Source of the DNA: Takakia lepidozioides
Taxonomy: Eukaryota; Plantae; Bryophyta
NCBI GenBank assembly: GCA_030704615.1
Contig: CM060733.1
Coordinates: 70,494,001-70,558,000 of the forward strand
DNA length: 64,000 nt
Direction of reading: 5' to 3'
Position 1 is the first letter of the stretch; each line of letters begins with the position of its first letter. Below are positions 37,930 to 50,905 of the stretch, one piece after another. The notes under the pieces are model-generated. The model made no database searches, was not told where the DNA came from, and saw only the letters and a list, made by a program, of their open reading frames with translations. Made by a program: the position numbers and the translations under genes.

Positions 37930-40587
37930 TGCAGATTTTTAGGGTAGGAGAAGTGATAGGTTAAACCTTCGCGATTTCATCCAAATCAGATGAAAATAGG
38001 TAATAAAATGTAAAAACTTCCCTGTTTTCATCATGATGTCATCCAGTAGGGAGGGCATCCAAAATAGAATCTGGCATCCATTAGGGCTAGTTTCTCATGA
38101 CCATAATCATCCAAAGAACCCAGGTGACAGAAATTAACCTATAATGGAATTCATCCATTTTTTAAATTACATCCAGTATGGATGAAATTAGAATAAGGTT
38201 AATTAGGGTTTAGACAAAATATCATTGGTCCTAACCTTCTTGGGTTTTGGAAAAAATACAAGCAGAGTCCTTGTATAGAGGGACAGAGGGACAGAGGGAT
38301 CCCACCAGCAGAGGGAGAGAGAGGGAGAGATGAGAGAACAAAAATAAAAAAGAATGTGGGGGGGGAGTGACTGAGCAGCAGCTGCTCCAGTCACCCCCCC
38401 ACCGTTCCCCCCCCCCTCAACAGTCCCTCTCTCTCCACATCCTGATGGGACAGAGGGAGAGAGAGGGAGAGAGGGCGAGGGAGGCAGAGAGAAGGAGAGA
38501 TGAGGGAAAAGAGGGTTGTTGTTGCTCAGTCACTTCCCCCCCCCCCCCCACCTTTTTGGTTTTTTCTTTTTGGAATGGTGGGGGGTGCTGAGAGCAGCTT
38601 GCTGCTGCTGCTCTTAGCGCACCCCCCCCTCCTTATCTTTTTTTGTTTATCAGCAGAGAGAGGAAGGGGGAGAAGGAGAAGGAGATAAAGATAGAGGGAG
38701 AGGGAGAGAGGGGAAGGGGGAGAGTCGGGCCTTGTTTGTTTTTGGCGTATGAAATCACACGGTAGTAGTGTTGTGGGCGCAGGGATAAGCTCGGAGTATG
38801 GCAAAGGACAAGGAGAAGGGGCCGCCGATGGACACGGAGAAGGCGCCGGCGAAGGACCAGAAATCGCCTGCCGCTAAGGTAGGGAAGCCTGACAACACTC
38901 CAGTCATGGAAGGCCGTGTGACACAGTCCACTTTGACCAAACTCACCAGCCCTATAGGCAGCATGTGAGAGGACCGAGCCATAAGGCCGTCGAGGCCTCC
39001 ACGCCCTTGAAGGAGGCTGGGGATGAGCCTCTTGCGGGTGGTGCACCCAATGTTCAGGCTGGGACGCCATCCCACGGGCTGATGGAGGGCCCTGACACTT
39101 ACGCGGGGAAGCGCATTCTCAGATCTGGGCAAAGGTATGGGAAACTTGAGCTTACCCCCACCACCAATGCCTTTTCCCCTTCTTCTGCAGCTAAGATGTC
39201 GCACACCTCACTTCGGTAAGCTCCCCTTCACGTCATAGTTACTCACTTTGATGCGTGCGCCTAACTCCCAAACTGGCCGCCGGGCCAACTCGGAGCTTTG
39301 GCTGCTCACCGGGACATAACGGTCCCCTTTTGCTCCTCCACAAGACCCTCGCTCACTTTGGGCCTAGTGGAAATTCCCTTTGGTTGTTGGTAGTCCGGAA
39401 CAGCTCCCCACACCTTGGTCGCTTTCCGGCTTGCACGCTTACTCACTAGTTTTTGGTCCACCAATAGGCTTGCACCGTTCTCAGGGTTACTACTCCCTAT
39501 ATATACTTATGTGACCAAAAACAATGACCCAAGACTCCCCACGACTGCCACCACAAGGTCTCCGCCCCATGGTGAGCCAAACCACTAAGACCCACTAAGC
39601 TACCACCACCCCTCATGGAACCACCCCCACCGCAACCCGGTGTGCGGGGCTCCACCTAGTGAGCGCCTTCGCCTCCTTGAGTGCCTTGGGCACTCAAGGG
39701 TGCTTCAGCCCCCGTACCTACTGTTGCCACTGCCCCCACCACAGGGGCAGCCCCTCTTGTGTCCCGACCCCCTGCCCTCAAGGCAAAGGGCCGCGACACA
39801 CACCCCTACCAACAGGGAGTCGATGTCCTCATCGACTTGTCCATTTTGTAGAAACTAACATCCAGTGTGGCATCCCACATCAAGGAGTTTGTTTCCGTAC
39901 CATGGCGTCCCATGACAAAGAACCAAACCCCCATTGACTCTAATCTCCACTAGCTAGTTCGGCCGACTTCCTCCAAGTCCCGGCCAAGGGTGGAGCCTCT
40001 CCAGCTCCACCCAGTGCACTCTTCTAGGCCCACTTCAAGGCCAAGGAACGATCCTCCCCGAGGATCGAATCGCCTTACTGCAACAACATTGCTTGCGATC
40101 GCTCATGATGCCGCTTTTTGGCGTCACCTTGAGCAAGGGTTCACCTTGAACCCTTTTTGACTAGGAAGATAACCTTGAACCAACCGTGCGCCCCAATCAC
40201 TACAATTGGGTCTGCCTTGGAATGTTGGCCTGAGGTATGGGAACACGCCGAAGCCGTACTACGACTTCGTCCCGAGGTTACATGATTATATTACATGAAC
40301 AGAAACACGTAGCTTCCACGTTAGCCCGCAGTACAAGACAACCCCCTCAGTAGCGCAGTTATAGTACGTGCACACGCCAGGTGCGCACTAGCACGTGAAC
40401 TCCCAAAGAAGGCGCAAGTTTCCTTGCCCCTTGGATGGGAGTCACCCGATTTCGGCACCGCGCAAACACACGATTTGTCGCGGCCCTTTGCCTTGAGGGC
40501 AGGGGGTCGGGACACAAAAGGGGCTGCCCCTGTGGTGGGGGTAGTGGCAATAATAGGTACGGGGGCTGAAGCACCCTTGAGTGCCCT
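37930..40587. mobile_element. Second, diverged member of the CACTA-like family at 14194-18620, rearranged
   Basis: Same order: CATCC/GGATG repeats, GA-rich region with GTGACTGAGCAGC motifs, then a plus ORF from 38797 (YAGKRILRSGQRYGKL vs YLGKRIAHSGARYGQL at ~15357). A minus remnant IVP/ALKWA lies near 40040. CACTAG at 40386; 39688-39797 is inverted-duplicated at 40477-40587. Confidence 0.5.
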
Positions 40588-40589
40588 GT

Positions 40590-41433
40590 CGAGCGGCTTT
40601 TACTCACCCATCCCTTCGCTATCCGAGGTGGAAACTCCAAGATAGAAGAGTTGGATATCTCTAAGCACTCAGCCTGCTCAGAACAATCAGTCATGACCTG
40701 CAGCTAGTGAATCATGGTTGTGCTTCCTATTTGTATTCCTTCTTGCCTTCATGTTATCAATTTACCTTACCGTGTATACTGAAGCATCAGATTGCATCAG
40801 TATCTATTAAGTTCCAGTTAATCATGCATTCATTCCACAGCTTCACTCATGTCACTCTACACAGTGTGTTTGTATCGAATAAGTATCAGATTATGATTTA
40901 TCATGTATCAGGCCAATGCCATGGTGACTCTAATCTGCCCTACCGTATCACTACAGCTCTGCAGGTAATCAGCATCTACTGTTCATCTTTCTCCTTCTTG
41001 CTCCCCGCCTGATCTCCTCTCATGCATGACCCAGAAGCGCTCCCCGTGAAGTGTCATTCTTTCCATTGTCGCTCTCCTTATCTGCCCGCAAGCTGTTCTA
41101 ACCACCTAACTAATTAACCGTCATCGCTGAAGTAACACGTTCCTTCTGCAGATGTCGTTCCCTCACAGTCGTTCCCTGTCAATGATAACTGTTCCCCATG
41201 TATTGTGACAGGCTGTGTCAAGCTGTGCGAGCTGTGACTGGCTGTGTAAGGCTGTGTCGGCTGTGACTGGCTAGGCTGTGTCGGGCTGTGACGGGCTGTG
41301 TAAAGCTGTGTCGGGCCCCCCTAAAGCCTGCTGCTGCCACCCCTAAGGCTCCTGTTGGTCTCAGTCTACGCAAAAATTAAGGGTACCCCACAGAACCCGT
41401 AAAAGCGTCTAAGTCCCAAGCAGCCCTCTAACA
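40590..41433 (-). repeat. 3' LTR of the Ty3/gypsy element (distal end uncertain)
   Basis: Starts TGTTA directly after the polypurine tract on the minus strand; homologous to 19200-19503. Confidence 0.7.
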
Positions 41434-41485
41434 TTTACCCCTCCCCCTCTCAAAAAGCCGTGTCCTCACGGTTTACTGTTTGGGA

Positions 41486-44400
41486 TTAGCAAACCTTTGT
41501 GAGCGAGCACCCTTCGACGGTGAGAGTCTCGTGAAGGACTCCGTGTGCGAGCCCGAATCCTGTCACTGGTTGACGGAGAGATGATTGAGCACTACCTGGA
41601 AATGTCTGACCCTCCTTTGGCTGATAACGAGGTAACCTCTCAGGCATAGGAGATCCCCGTCGTTTCTTCTCTGCCATCTGAATTGCATAGTCCTCTGCCA
41701 TGTCAAAAGAGTCCGCTGAAGAAACAGTAGTATCAGAATCCTCGTCTCCCCTTAGGTGTTTTAAACGGCCGAACTTTAAGTGGAATCCTGTGTGCATACA
41801 ATGTTGTCCAACCATATCTGGAAGTTTAAATTGTACAACTTGTTGTAAGCGCTGGCACGCAAAATTAGTGAACGTCCTGAACTCCTTATGTATAGGTAAG
41901 AGGTGTGCCAATGACTTGGGAACAGTGCAAGTATTTCCATGCCTCATGTCCTTAAAGAAAATATCCTCAGGGCCGAATTTCTGTGTTGTCAAATTGTTCC
42001 AAGCCGAATGAAACCATGAACGAAGTTGGGAATCCTTCTGCATCATAACTTTTGCATCATATAGGTACATATGAGGTGGCACTGAAGGTAAGACCCAATG
42101 ATCCCCACTGGAATAACTCAGAAATTGCGATTGCATCCTCTGCTGCTCAATGTGATAACGTGCCAGAAAACAAGCAGCATAGTATAATCCACAGCCCATG
42201 ACAATACTTGATACCTCCTTGGTTTGGTATAAATGTACCCATGTACAACTTGGAAGGCAATTAATTCCTTCAACATGGTACCTGCTTCAGACCAGTACCT
42301 CGCAAAGTGATGATCCTCAATGGGTCGATTGTTCGGAAGAACCTTAGTCCTAGTGCCACTGGCAGCCAAATGCGCATGATCTGGTAGTAATGAGCCAACG
42401 ACTGTGGCGGACTAAATTCCTTCCAAGCCAAATCCAACACAATGGGAATTTGGTTGAAGGGCATAATCATAGCCCGACTGTACTCGTGCAGCAGGAGTCT
42501 TAGGTGGGTTAAAAGCAGCATCCCCCCATACCTCAGGCTGTGGTGTGGCTGTAGTAACAACAGGGTCAGCTACCTGCACAGTCACTTGTTGTGGTATTGG
42601 GTACCACTGGCCCTTCTACCACTGGCATCTCCTGCACCCCTTGCGAAGAAGACTGAAAAATTAGAGTTCTGGCCTGTAAATAAGTAGCCATCAGCTGCTC
42701 CTCAGGTACAAAGACTCTCTTGTCAATATTTGAACTCAGGTCATCCACCTGAGTCTGCAGGCCTTCTACATCCTCCTGTAGCTCCGCTATCCTACTATAG
42801 ACATTGTCTATAGTAGTTGTGGCAATGTTCTGCACCTGCAGTCTGAGCTCATTCATCTCGCCCTGGGTGAGCTTCCGTGGTGCTTTGCCTTCCACCGGCC
42901 CTTGTGCTAACCAGACCTGCATAAGGTGGTTATCCACCAAGTCGTGTGTGGCACCCCTGAGAGTCTGCTCCTCTGTGAGCCTGTACACATCTAACTGCTG
43001 TAAAGCCTCCATGCGCTTTGCATGAGGTTCAACCAAACTCGCATAGGCAGCAGCCAGATTATTGGCTTCCTTCCAAGCCTTGTTAGCCACAGAGAGTTCA
43101 TTTCTATTTACCATGACTGTTTGTTGCAACTCCAGGATGTACCTCTCTTGGTCAGCCTCAACCTGTCTGTATTGCTTGAAAGTATTCTCATTGCGACAGA
43201 TTGTATTCTTCATATCAACAATGAGTTCCCTGCTCGATTATCTTGCCTCTGCCTTCATACATCTCTCCCCTTGTCTGTTAACTTCTAATGCAGTTTGCTC
43301 AAGAGTAGTTGTGAGTGTAGCACATTGTATGGTCATCCTCTCATGTACTGCCTGCAACTCTGTATGTAGTGCATTCACTTCTTGCAACTTGCCCTCATGC
43401 TTCACCTGCATTTGGTATAACTGTTGCTTATGTGCTTCATGCAACTGGTCCTGCTCGAGGCCTGCTTCAATCAATGTCCCTTGGCCAACTGCAAAGCAGC
43501 CTTTGTGTCCTCTAACTCTTGCTGTAACTTGAGATTGACCTCCTCATCTACCTTGTTAGCACACTCAGTGGCAAGTCGAGCCTCAAACTCCTTCCTGAGT
43601 TCCTCCCTCAAAGCTGCCAATTGGGTAGATGGAACATGGGATTTCACATAAGTGCCCAACAAATTAAGTGTTCTGCTTATGGAACTCATAAGCATGGCCT
43701 GCTGAGGGTCATCATGTGAGCTTGCTGCTGTTCTTCCTGATCCTTGACAGTGTGATGCCTCACCAACCATTCAGGCCATTGCCCCACCAGATTTCTTCCT
43801 GAACCACCTCATCCGCCACAGGTGCTGCAGTGTCTTGATATTCTACCCCTGGTACCTCCGTCACAGGTGTGGGTATTACATGCACAGCAGGGTTTTCCCT
43901 GGACAACCGCTGCACCTCTGGAATCACTGATTCCCTTACCAAGCCAGAGTTTTCCCCTTCTCAATTTCGGCCACGACCTGCTCTGTAGTGGGAATGTCCA
44001 ACCTTTCTCCTTCCAGAGCAATTGGGGGTGATGTCACAGCATGTACTAACTGTGGAACCTAAAACAACTGAGTCAATTGGTTGTGGTGGCTGTGGTATCG
44101 AAGTGACTTCCTCTTCCCTTTCCGAAGGCTGTGCTTCCAATAATAACAGCTCTCTGTGCTGCTGTGCCCCATCTTGCACAAGAGCTTGGGAAACATTATC
44201 GTGCGGTTTCCGTGAAGCCAGTGGATCCGCCACTACAGTCATACCCCGCCTCTGTCTCTTAGACTGGTGTTGCCCTGCCAGTCCACCCTCACTGTGTGAA
44301 GAGCCCTGCTCTTCAATTGCAGTGGTTTCTGCCTCAAACACTCCCATCTCCTTACGTTCCCGAGTATCAAGTATGCAAGAATCAAGAATTATTTGGGCAA

Positions 44401-44880
44401 TGACTGGACCAGACACAATGATCGGAGACTTAGCAGCAGTGCCCTGTAACCTCTTCATCTCGTCCACCAGTCCATTGTACATTAACTCCGCCCAAGCGAC
44501 ATCCTCTCCCCTCAAAGCTTTCAGGATCTCCTCTGTGAATGACCTGCTCAAATACTGTTGGTTCTGTTTCATGGCAAACAGAACGTTCAATATTTGGCCA
44601 ACTTCCCTAAGCCCTGGGTACTCGGCTTTGGTACAAGCGTAACCTTGAGTTTTAAAGAAACTCCCTTCTTGGAACAAATTCCCTATCTGCAATCTTGCCC
44701 TGTGCTCATCCACATCCACATGTCCTGATGGCAAATCAAACAATTGCTGCAGGTACTGGGGAGTAATTTCTATATCTACTCCCTCACCTGAGTAACTCCC
44801 GTCCGAGGCTCAAAGTTCCTTAGCAGCTGCTGCGGTGCTGCAATTGTTTGCTTCTGCAGTATCGTGGTGCTCTTCACCCT
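41486..44880 (-). pseudogene. Frameshifted extra ORF of the gypsy element, coiled-coil-rich, unknown function
   Basis: Consecutive same-strand ORF pieces 44743-43961, 43942-43760, 43770-43471, 43474-43238, 43213-42566, 42369-42118 and 42199-41486, located between integrase and PPT. Confidence 0.7.
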
Positions 44881-45909
44881 GATATCCTCCATTCCCTCAC
44901 TCTCTTCATTCTAGACAAACAGAAAGGCTTTGTTTGAAACAGCTGAAGGAAAGCTTGCAGGGCACAGAGCATGAAGGTATGGTTGGCACAGAATGGAACA
45001 GGTAAGTGCGTGTAAGCCTGTGGGGCTTGCAAGTAACGAGTGAGAGAAAATGTACTCTCAATGCGTCCGTCCTTGCGCCACTGCGTGAGAAGTAAAGCGA
45101 GTGTAATCGTTACATCTGCCATAGCTACCAAGCTAGTGCTTTGATTGCCCCTTCCGTCGAGAGCTTGGCTATTCAGAGCCACCGACTCTTCCGCTCATAA
45201 CACTTCTATTTCTTGTTCTTGTTTCTTGGAGGGAACCACCTGCATGTAATTCTCACTCCTGATTGGCTGTGGACTGCTTAGTAATTCCTTAATTCCACCC
45301 CCCTCCATGGACATTTCCACTGGAATGTCCAGTAGGACACACATGTGGCATAGGTTTCCCTTTTTCTGAACTCGAAAAGGGTTCCGTTACCCTGGCACTG
45401 AATGCATTAATGGGCCCACAATTAGTATTAGTTGTTGTACCGGGTAGGTACTTTGACGGCCCGATTTGTCCTCTTGCATGATGAAACTCACTTTTGCAAT
45501 CGATGCCGCGTGTGCTTCGCCTTAGCCGCCACGTGTCCATTTCTAAACATGCCCTCTTCCCCTCTCCGCGTGGCACATTCTCCAAGTTTGACTTCCAAAC
45601 TTTTTTCTCACTTGATGGCCACTTTTCTAACGTTAATTCGCGTCCACCTGTCACTGACCCTATGGACTGTGTAAATGGGCTATGATTGTGGCACTGTGAT
45701 GGGCTGTGATAATGTGATGGGCTGTGATAGGCTGTGTCTGTGATGGGCTGTGATAGGTATAACACCTGTAGTTCCCGCCCTGGTCATATATGCTCGGCTT
45801 AGCGACAAGTGCTCCATACTCCGTTGGTATCACTGGCGCAGCCCGTGACTGCTTTTGCGTTTCAACATGCAAATTGCTGCAATGGTTTGTCATGGATACC
45901 ACTACCCCT

Positions 45910-48900
45910 TCAACTTATTGGCATTGACTCTTCCCAGCATCTCTTTGTTAATGGTTTGTAACATGGCGTGTTGTTATCATACATCTTCTGTATGACATAA
46001 GGTCCCTTCCATGGTGATTTAAGCTTAGAAGCTTTAATCTTCCCCTTCTTCTGCAACCAGAGAACCAAATCTCCCGTCTTAAAAGTCTTTAATTTGCCTT
46101 CATCAAACTGTTCCTTCCTCTTCATCTGAATTCTGGTCATGTTATCACTGCATCAGCACGTACTTCTTCCACATGGTATAATTCATGTTTCCTGACCTTA
46201 ATTGAATCTTCCAATTCCATTCTCTTTCCCCATTCAGTTCTCATGGTAGGTAACAAGAATTCCACTGGAAGTAAAGCTTCCATACCATAAACTAATTGGA
46301 ATGGTGTATACTTAGTGGTGACTTTATATGAAGTCCTGTATGACCACAAAGCTGTCAGCAGCTTTGTATCCCAATCCGTTCTGTTTGCATTGACTATCTT
46401 AGCCAAGATAGTACATAGTATTTTGTTGGTAGCCTCTGCCTGCCCATTACCCTGTGGGTAATACGTTGTACTCTTCCTATGCACAATCATGAACTCTTTA
46501 GTCAATAGTTCAATGGTCTCATTAATGAAGTGACTTCCCTGGTCACTGATAAATTCCAAGGGACAGCCAAATCGTGTAAGTATGTTCTCATACAGGAACC
46601 TTGCTGTGGACTTGGCTGTGTTGTCCCTCAGAGCTTTAGCTTCCACCCACTTCGTAGTATAATCAGTGGCTGTAATTATGTACTTGTTCTGTGTATTCTT
46701 GGCGGTGGGTTAATTGGTCCAACAAAGTCTAGTCCCCATTTCTGAAATGGTTCAGTAGGCATCGTAGGATGCAAAGCCATCTTCCCAGATCTCTGCAAAG
46801 GTCCTAGCCTCTGACATTCATCACAACTCTGACAATACTTGTGTACATCTTTGAACAAAGTAGGCCACCAGTAACCTGCAAGTAGTATCTTCCTACTGGT
46901 AGTCTCTTCTCCAAAATGACCTCCAGCCACTCCTTTATGAACTTCCTCCAAAACTTTATTTACTTCATGGTGGTACAAGCATCGTTTAAGTACTCCATCA
47001 GGTCCTAGCTATACATTCTGCCCCCTACCATAGTATAAGGTAAAGCCTTGATAGCGATTCTCTTCCTCTGCTCCTTACCATAACTAGGTGGGCTGACCAT
47101 GAGTAAGGTAGTATCTGATTGGCCACTGCCAATCTAACCATTCATCTGCACTTCCTTGCACCTCCATTGCAAATAAACTCGCATCAGGTAATTGGTCGTC
47201 TACTCCTGTGGCGGGCTCTCCTGTTGTTAGGCGTGACAAATGATCTGCCACAAGATGCAAACGGCCAGGCTTGTAAACAACTTCGAACTCAAACTCGTGC
47301 AAGATTATTAACCACCTTGCTATCCTTCCACTTATCAAAGGTTTGTTCACCAGATATATCAGAGCCTGGTGATCCACATAAAACATAAACTTTCTTCCCA
47401 ATAGGTAATGCCTGAATTTCTTGACTGCATAAATCATTGCCAGTGCTTCTCTTTCAGTTGTGCTATAGTTCCTTTCAGCACTGTTCATCAACCTGCTAGC
47501 ATAGTACACAGGTGAATCTATATTTCCTGTAACATTTTGGGCTAACACCGCTCCCAACGCTTCTCCTGAGGCATCACAGTGAACATGAAATACTACATGC
47601 CAGTGAGGGTTAATCAGCACAGGTGTAGTTGTTACTGACAATGTAAGTTCCTCAAAAGCCTGTTGACATTCAGCTGTCCATGCAAACACTGCATCTTTCT
47701 TCAGAAGCTTGCTCAATGGTGCTGCTATCTGTGCATACCTTTTGACAAATCTTCTGTAATAACTGGTTTGTCCAAGGAATCTCCTTAGACTCTTAACATT
47801 TACTGGTGGTGGAGAGGCTTTAATGGCCTCTGTCTTCCTGGGATCCACAAGAAGTCCCCTCTTACACACAATGTGTCCCAAAAGCACCCCTGAGTTCACA
47901 CAGAAAGTACACTTCTCTGGATTCAGGCCCAGACCTCTCATCCTGCATCTGGCCAAACATAACTCCAATTTATGCAAGTGCTCATTCTTAGAGCTGTACA
48001 CACTGAAATCATCCAAGAACACCTGCATGAAATCATCCAGATACTCATGAAAAGATTCACTTATCACTCTCTGAAAGGTTGCTGGTGCATTACAAAGTCC
48101 AAAAGGCATGACTTTGTATGCATAAGCACCCCAGTCTGTGATGAAAGCTGTCTTTCCCTGGTCTTTCTGCCACTTGCACTTGATTATAACCACTGAAGCC
48201 ATCCATGAATGAGTACATCTCATGGCCTGCCACAGTGTCCAATACCGCTTCTGTGAATGGCAAAGGGAAAGGATCTTTCTTCGTGCAAGCATTCAACTTC
48301 TTATAGTTCACACAAACTCTCAGTTTACCATTCTTCTTGGGAACTATCACAATGGTGACAACCAAGTTGTATACTCTATCGGGTATATAAACTTAGCCTC
48401 AGCCAACTTCTTGATCTCTTCTCCAACCTTCTGTGCATAGTTGGGATTCATTCTGTACCTTGCCTGTTTGATTGGTACTGACCCTGGTTCCAGTTCAATC
48501 TTATGCTGACAGATCTCAGGTGGTATCCCTTTTAGATCCTCGTAGCTCCAAGCAAATACATCTCTGTATTTGATGAACAAACTCTTAGCTTCCTCAAAGA
48601 ATTCTGGCTCCAAATCAGCCCTACCTTCACCATCCTCGGTTCCTCTTCAGTTCCCACATTCACTTCTCTCACCTGCTCATCAGCTGTGATTGTCCAACCA
48701 GTCACCACTTCATCCTGTAAACTCACAGTGGCTGGTTCCTCTAGGATTTCCATTTCTCCTTCTCTTTCTTCATAGAAATGTGGTGGGTAACTGCTTGTTT
48801 CACCTTCAATTGGTGTTGCTGTCACTACACCACAGCAGATACCTTTTAAACAACTTAGGCCTTCCAGCTGCATCTCTGCAACCTGCTCCCACTCTGGGTG

Positions 48901-49400
48901 TGCAGCGAACAGGGTAGCTTCCTGCTCCTCATCCAGTCCTCCCCTCCAGTCATACTCCCTGACCCCTCGAGGTCTTCTCGTAGCAGGTAATCTACTAGAT
49001 TTCTTAGTGGTAATTTGTATCTTGTGCATCCCATCATGCACAGTTAGTAACTGGGAATTCCAGTCATGGAATACCCTGGCCTGTTTCAGCCACGGACGTC
49101 CCAACAATAAGGAGTAAGCTTCCATGACTTCATCCATTTTCAACACAGTTACTGTGATCATAAAGATCATCTTTTGAATCTGTATCTTAACTCCTCTTAT
49201 CAATCCCAATGGCTGTACACTTCTTTGATCTGCCATTGTTACTGTAAATGGGGCTGGTTTCATGTTACTTAGACCAAGCTTCTGCCTAATTGGTCTGTCA
49301 TGATATTCACTCCAGAGCCTCCATCTATCAGTACATCAGTTAGTTCTGTACTTCCAATTCTCAATTGGATTACTGGCATAGAATCATCAAAGTCCATGAC
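45910..49400 (-). pseudogene. pol: pol (PR-RT-RH-INT) of the Ty3/gypsy element, frameshifted
   Basis: Canonical domain motifs in gypsy order, spread over several frames. Confidence 0.92.
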
Positions 49401-49949
49401 TGTTTCTCGCCCTTCCGGCTTCACATTATAACTGGTCACCTTGCTGTTCAGGTCTGTGTTCCCTCACATGGGCAATTCGATTGATTGCTTGATACAGCCT
49501 GTGTCTACAATAAGGTGCCATAGCCAATAGCTGTCCAATGGTAATCTCCGCATATTACTTCAGCCAAAGTCCCTTCATTACTCTGCATGTCTGCAGCTTC
49601 TTTCTTCCCTTCATCCTCACTCACTTCCTCTTCTCTTTCAGAATCAGAGGAATCTGCCATAGGAATATCAGTACTCTTCTGCATTTCCCTTATGGTATCT
49701 GCCACTTCTTTGTGCAGTTCCTTCTCATCTCTCCAAGCCTCATCATCTTCAGGCACATCACTGCCATCTTCATTATCATCATCTTCCTCATCTACTGGAG
49801 GTATTAGTTTGGCTTTGCTTCTCGTTACTATCATTGTACTTACTTCTGGTACAACACATGGCCTAACCATGTGAGCTGCCACCACTGGCCCCTCATTCAC
49901 ATGAGCTCTCATCTCATTCTGGTGTCTGATCCAGAATGGACAGGCTGCC

Positions 49950-50905
49950 TTGCGATGGCCTGCCTGATTACAATAGTAACACAGTTCTTCCCCATTAGGT
50001 CCTCGCCCTTGGTCTAGGAATTGTTTCTGTAATCCTGATTCCCTGGCTGGTAATTCCCCCTTGGATTACCCTGATAGTTGCCTCTGGAATTTCCTTGGTA
50101 ATTCCCTCTTGAATTACCTCTCCCTTCCATGCCATTGTTATAACCACCAGGCCTACCATAGTGGTCCTGATCACTGTTTCTTCTTGGCTGGGGCTGCACT
50201 TGATGCACCCTTACTTGCCTAGGTTCTCTAGCTGCTGTCCTTCTGTTGTAGTAACAATTCTTAGTAGAATGGTTATCCATTTTACAGATAGTACAGTGTT
50301 TCTCCTTCATGTGGCATTCAGTGGTGGTATGGCCTTCATTCTGGCACTTTGCACACCAAACACCCTTCCTCCAATGTGTTGCAGCCTCTGTGGCATACTT
50401 CTTCAAGATTTCTTCTAATCTTTTCTCATAGTTATCCCTCTTCAACTTCTCCTTCTCTTACTCTTCCCTTTCAACTTGCTCTTCTTCCTCATCTGACTCA
50501 TCCTTAGAGTCCTCATCATCCCTTTTCTCTCTCCTGAGCGTTCCCAATTGCTCAATTCTGTTCGATATTTCAAATGCCTCCTCCACTGTATTATGGGGTA
50601 ACATATCCACTTTCTTTTGCAACTCTGGTCTTAGTCCACTCACAAACCAAGTCTTCTGTAAACTTGGTGCTGGTACAACAGCTAGCTTTTTCATCATCAA
50701 TTCCATTTTTTCCATATACTCCTCAACAATTTCATGCTTCTTTTGCTTTAACTGTTGTAAACTTCCATACACTTCATCCTCAATTTTACTTATCCTGAAC
50801 CTATTTCGGAATGCTGTATTCAAGCCATTCCAGGTTAGGAAATGATTATCAAGGAATCTTGCATACCATTCACTTGCTTTCTTGATAAGTGAACAAGGAA
50901 ACTCA
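49950..50905 (-). pseudogene. gag: gag, 5'-truncated, three CCHC knuckles
   Basis: WYARF...TWNGLNTAFRNRF; LKQKKHEIVEEY; WFVSGL; CAKCQNEGHTTTEC, CTICKMDNHSTKNC, CYYCNQAGHRKAAC. Confidence 0.85.

Larger units (their letters stand above)
40590..50905 (-). mobile_element. Ty3/gypsy LTR retrotransposon, 5'-truncated, with an extra ORF between integrase and 3' LTR
   Basis: gag (50905-49950, CCHC knuckles), protease LIDGGSG (~49330), RT (MPFGLCNAPATFQ, FLDDFSVYS), RNase H (HCDASG, NYSTTEREALA), integrase (H..H..C..C, WGLDFVGP, ISDQGSHF, GQAEATN, W.GPY). PPT complement at 41434-41456, then LTR from 41433 (TGTTAG on minus). Confidence 0.92.
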
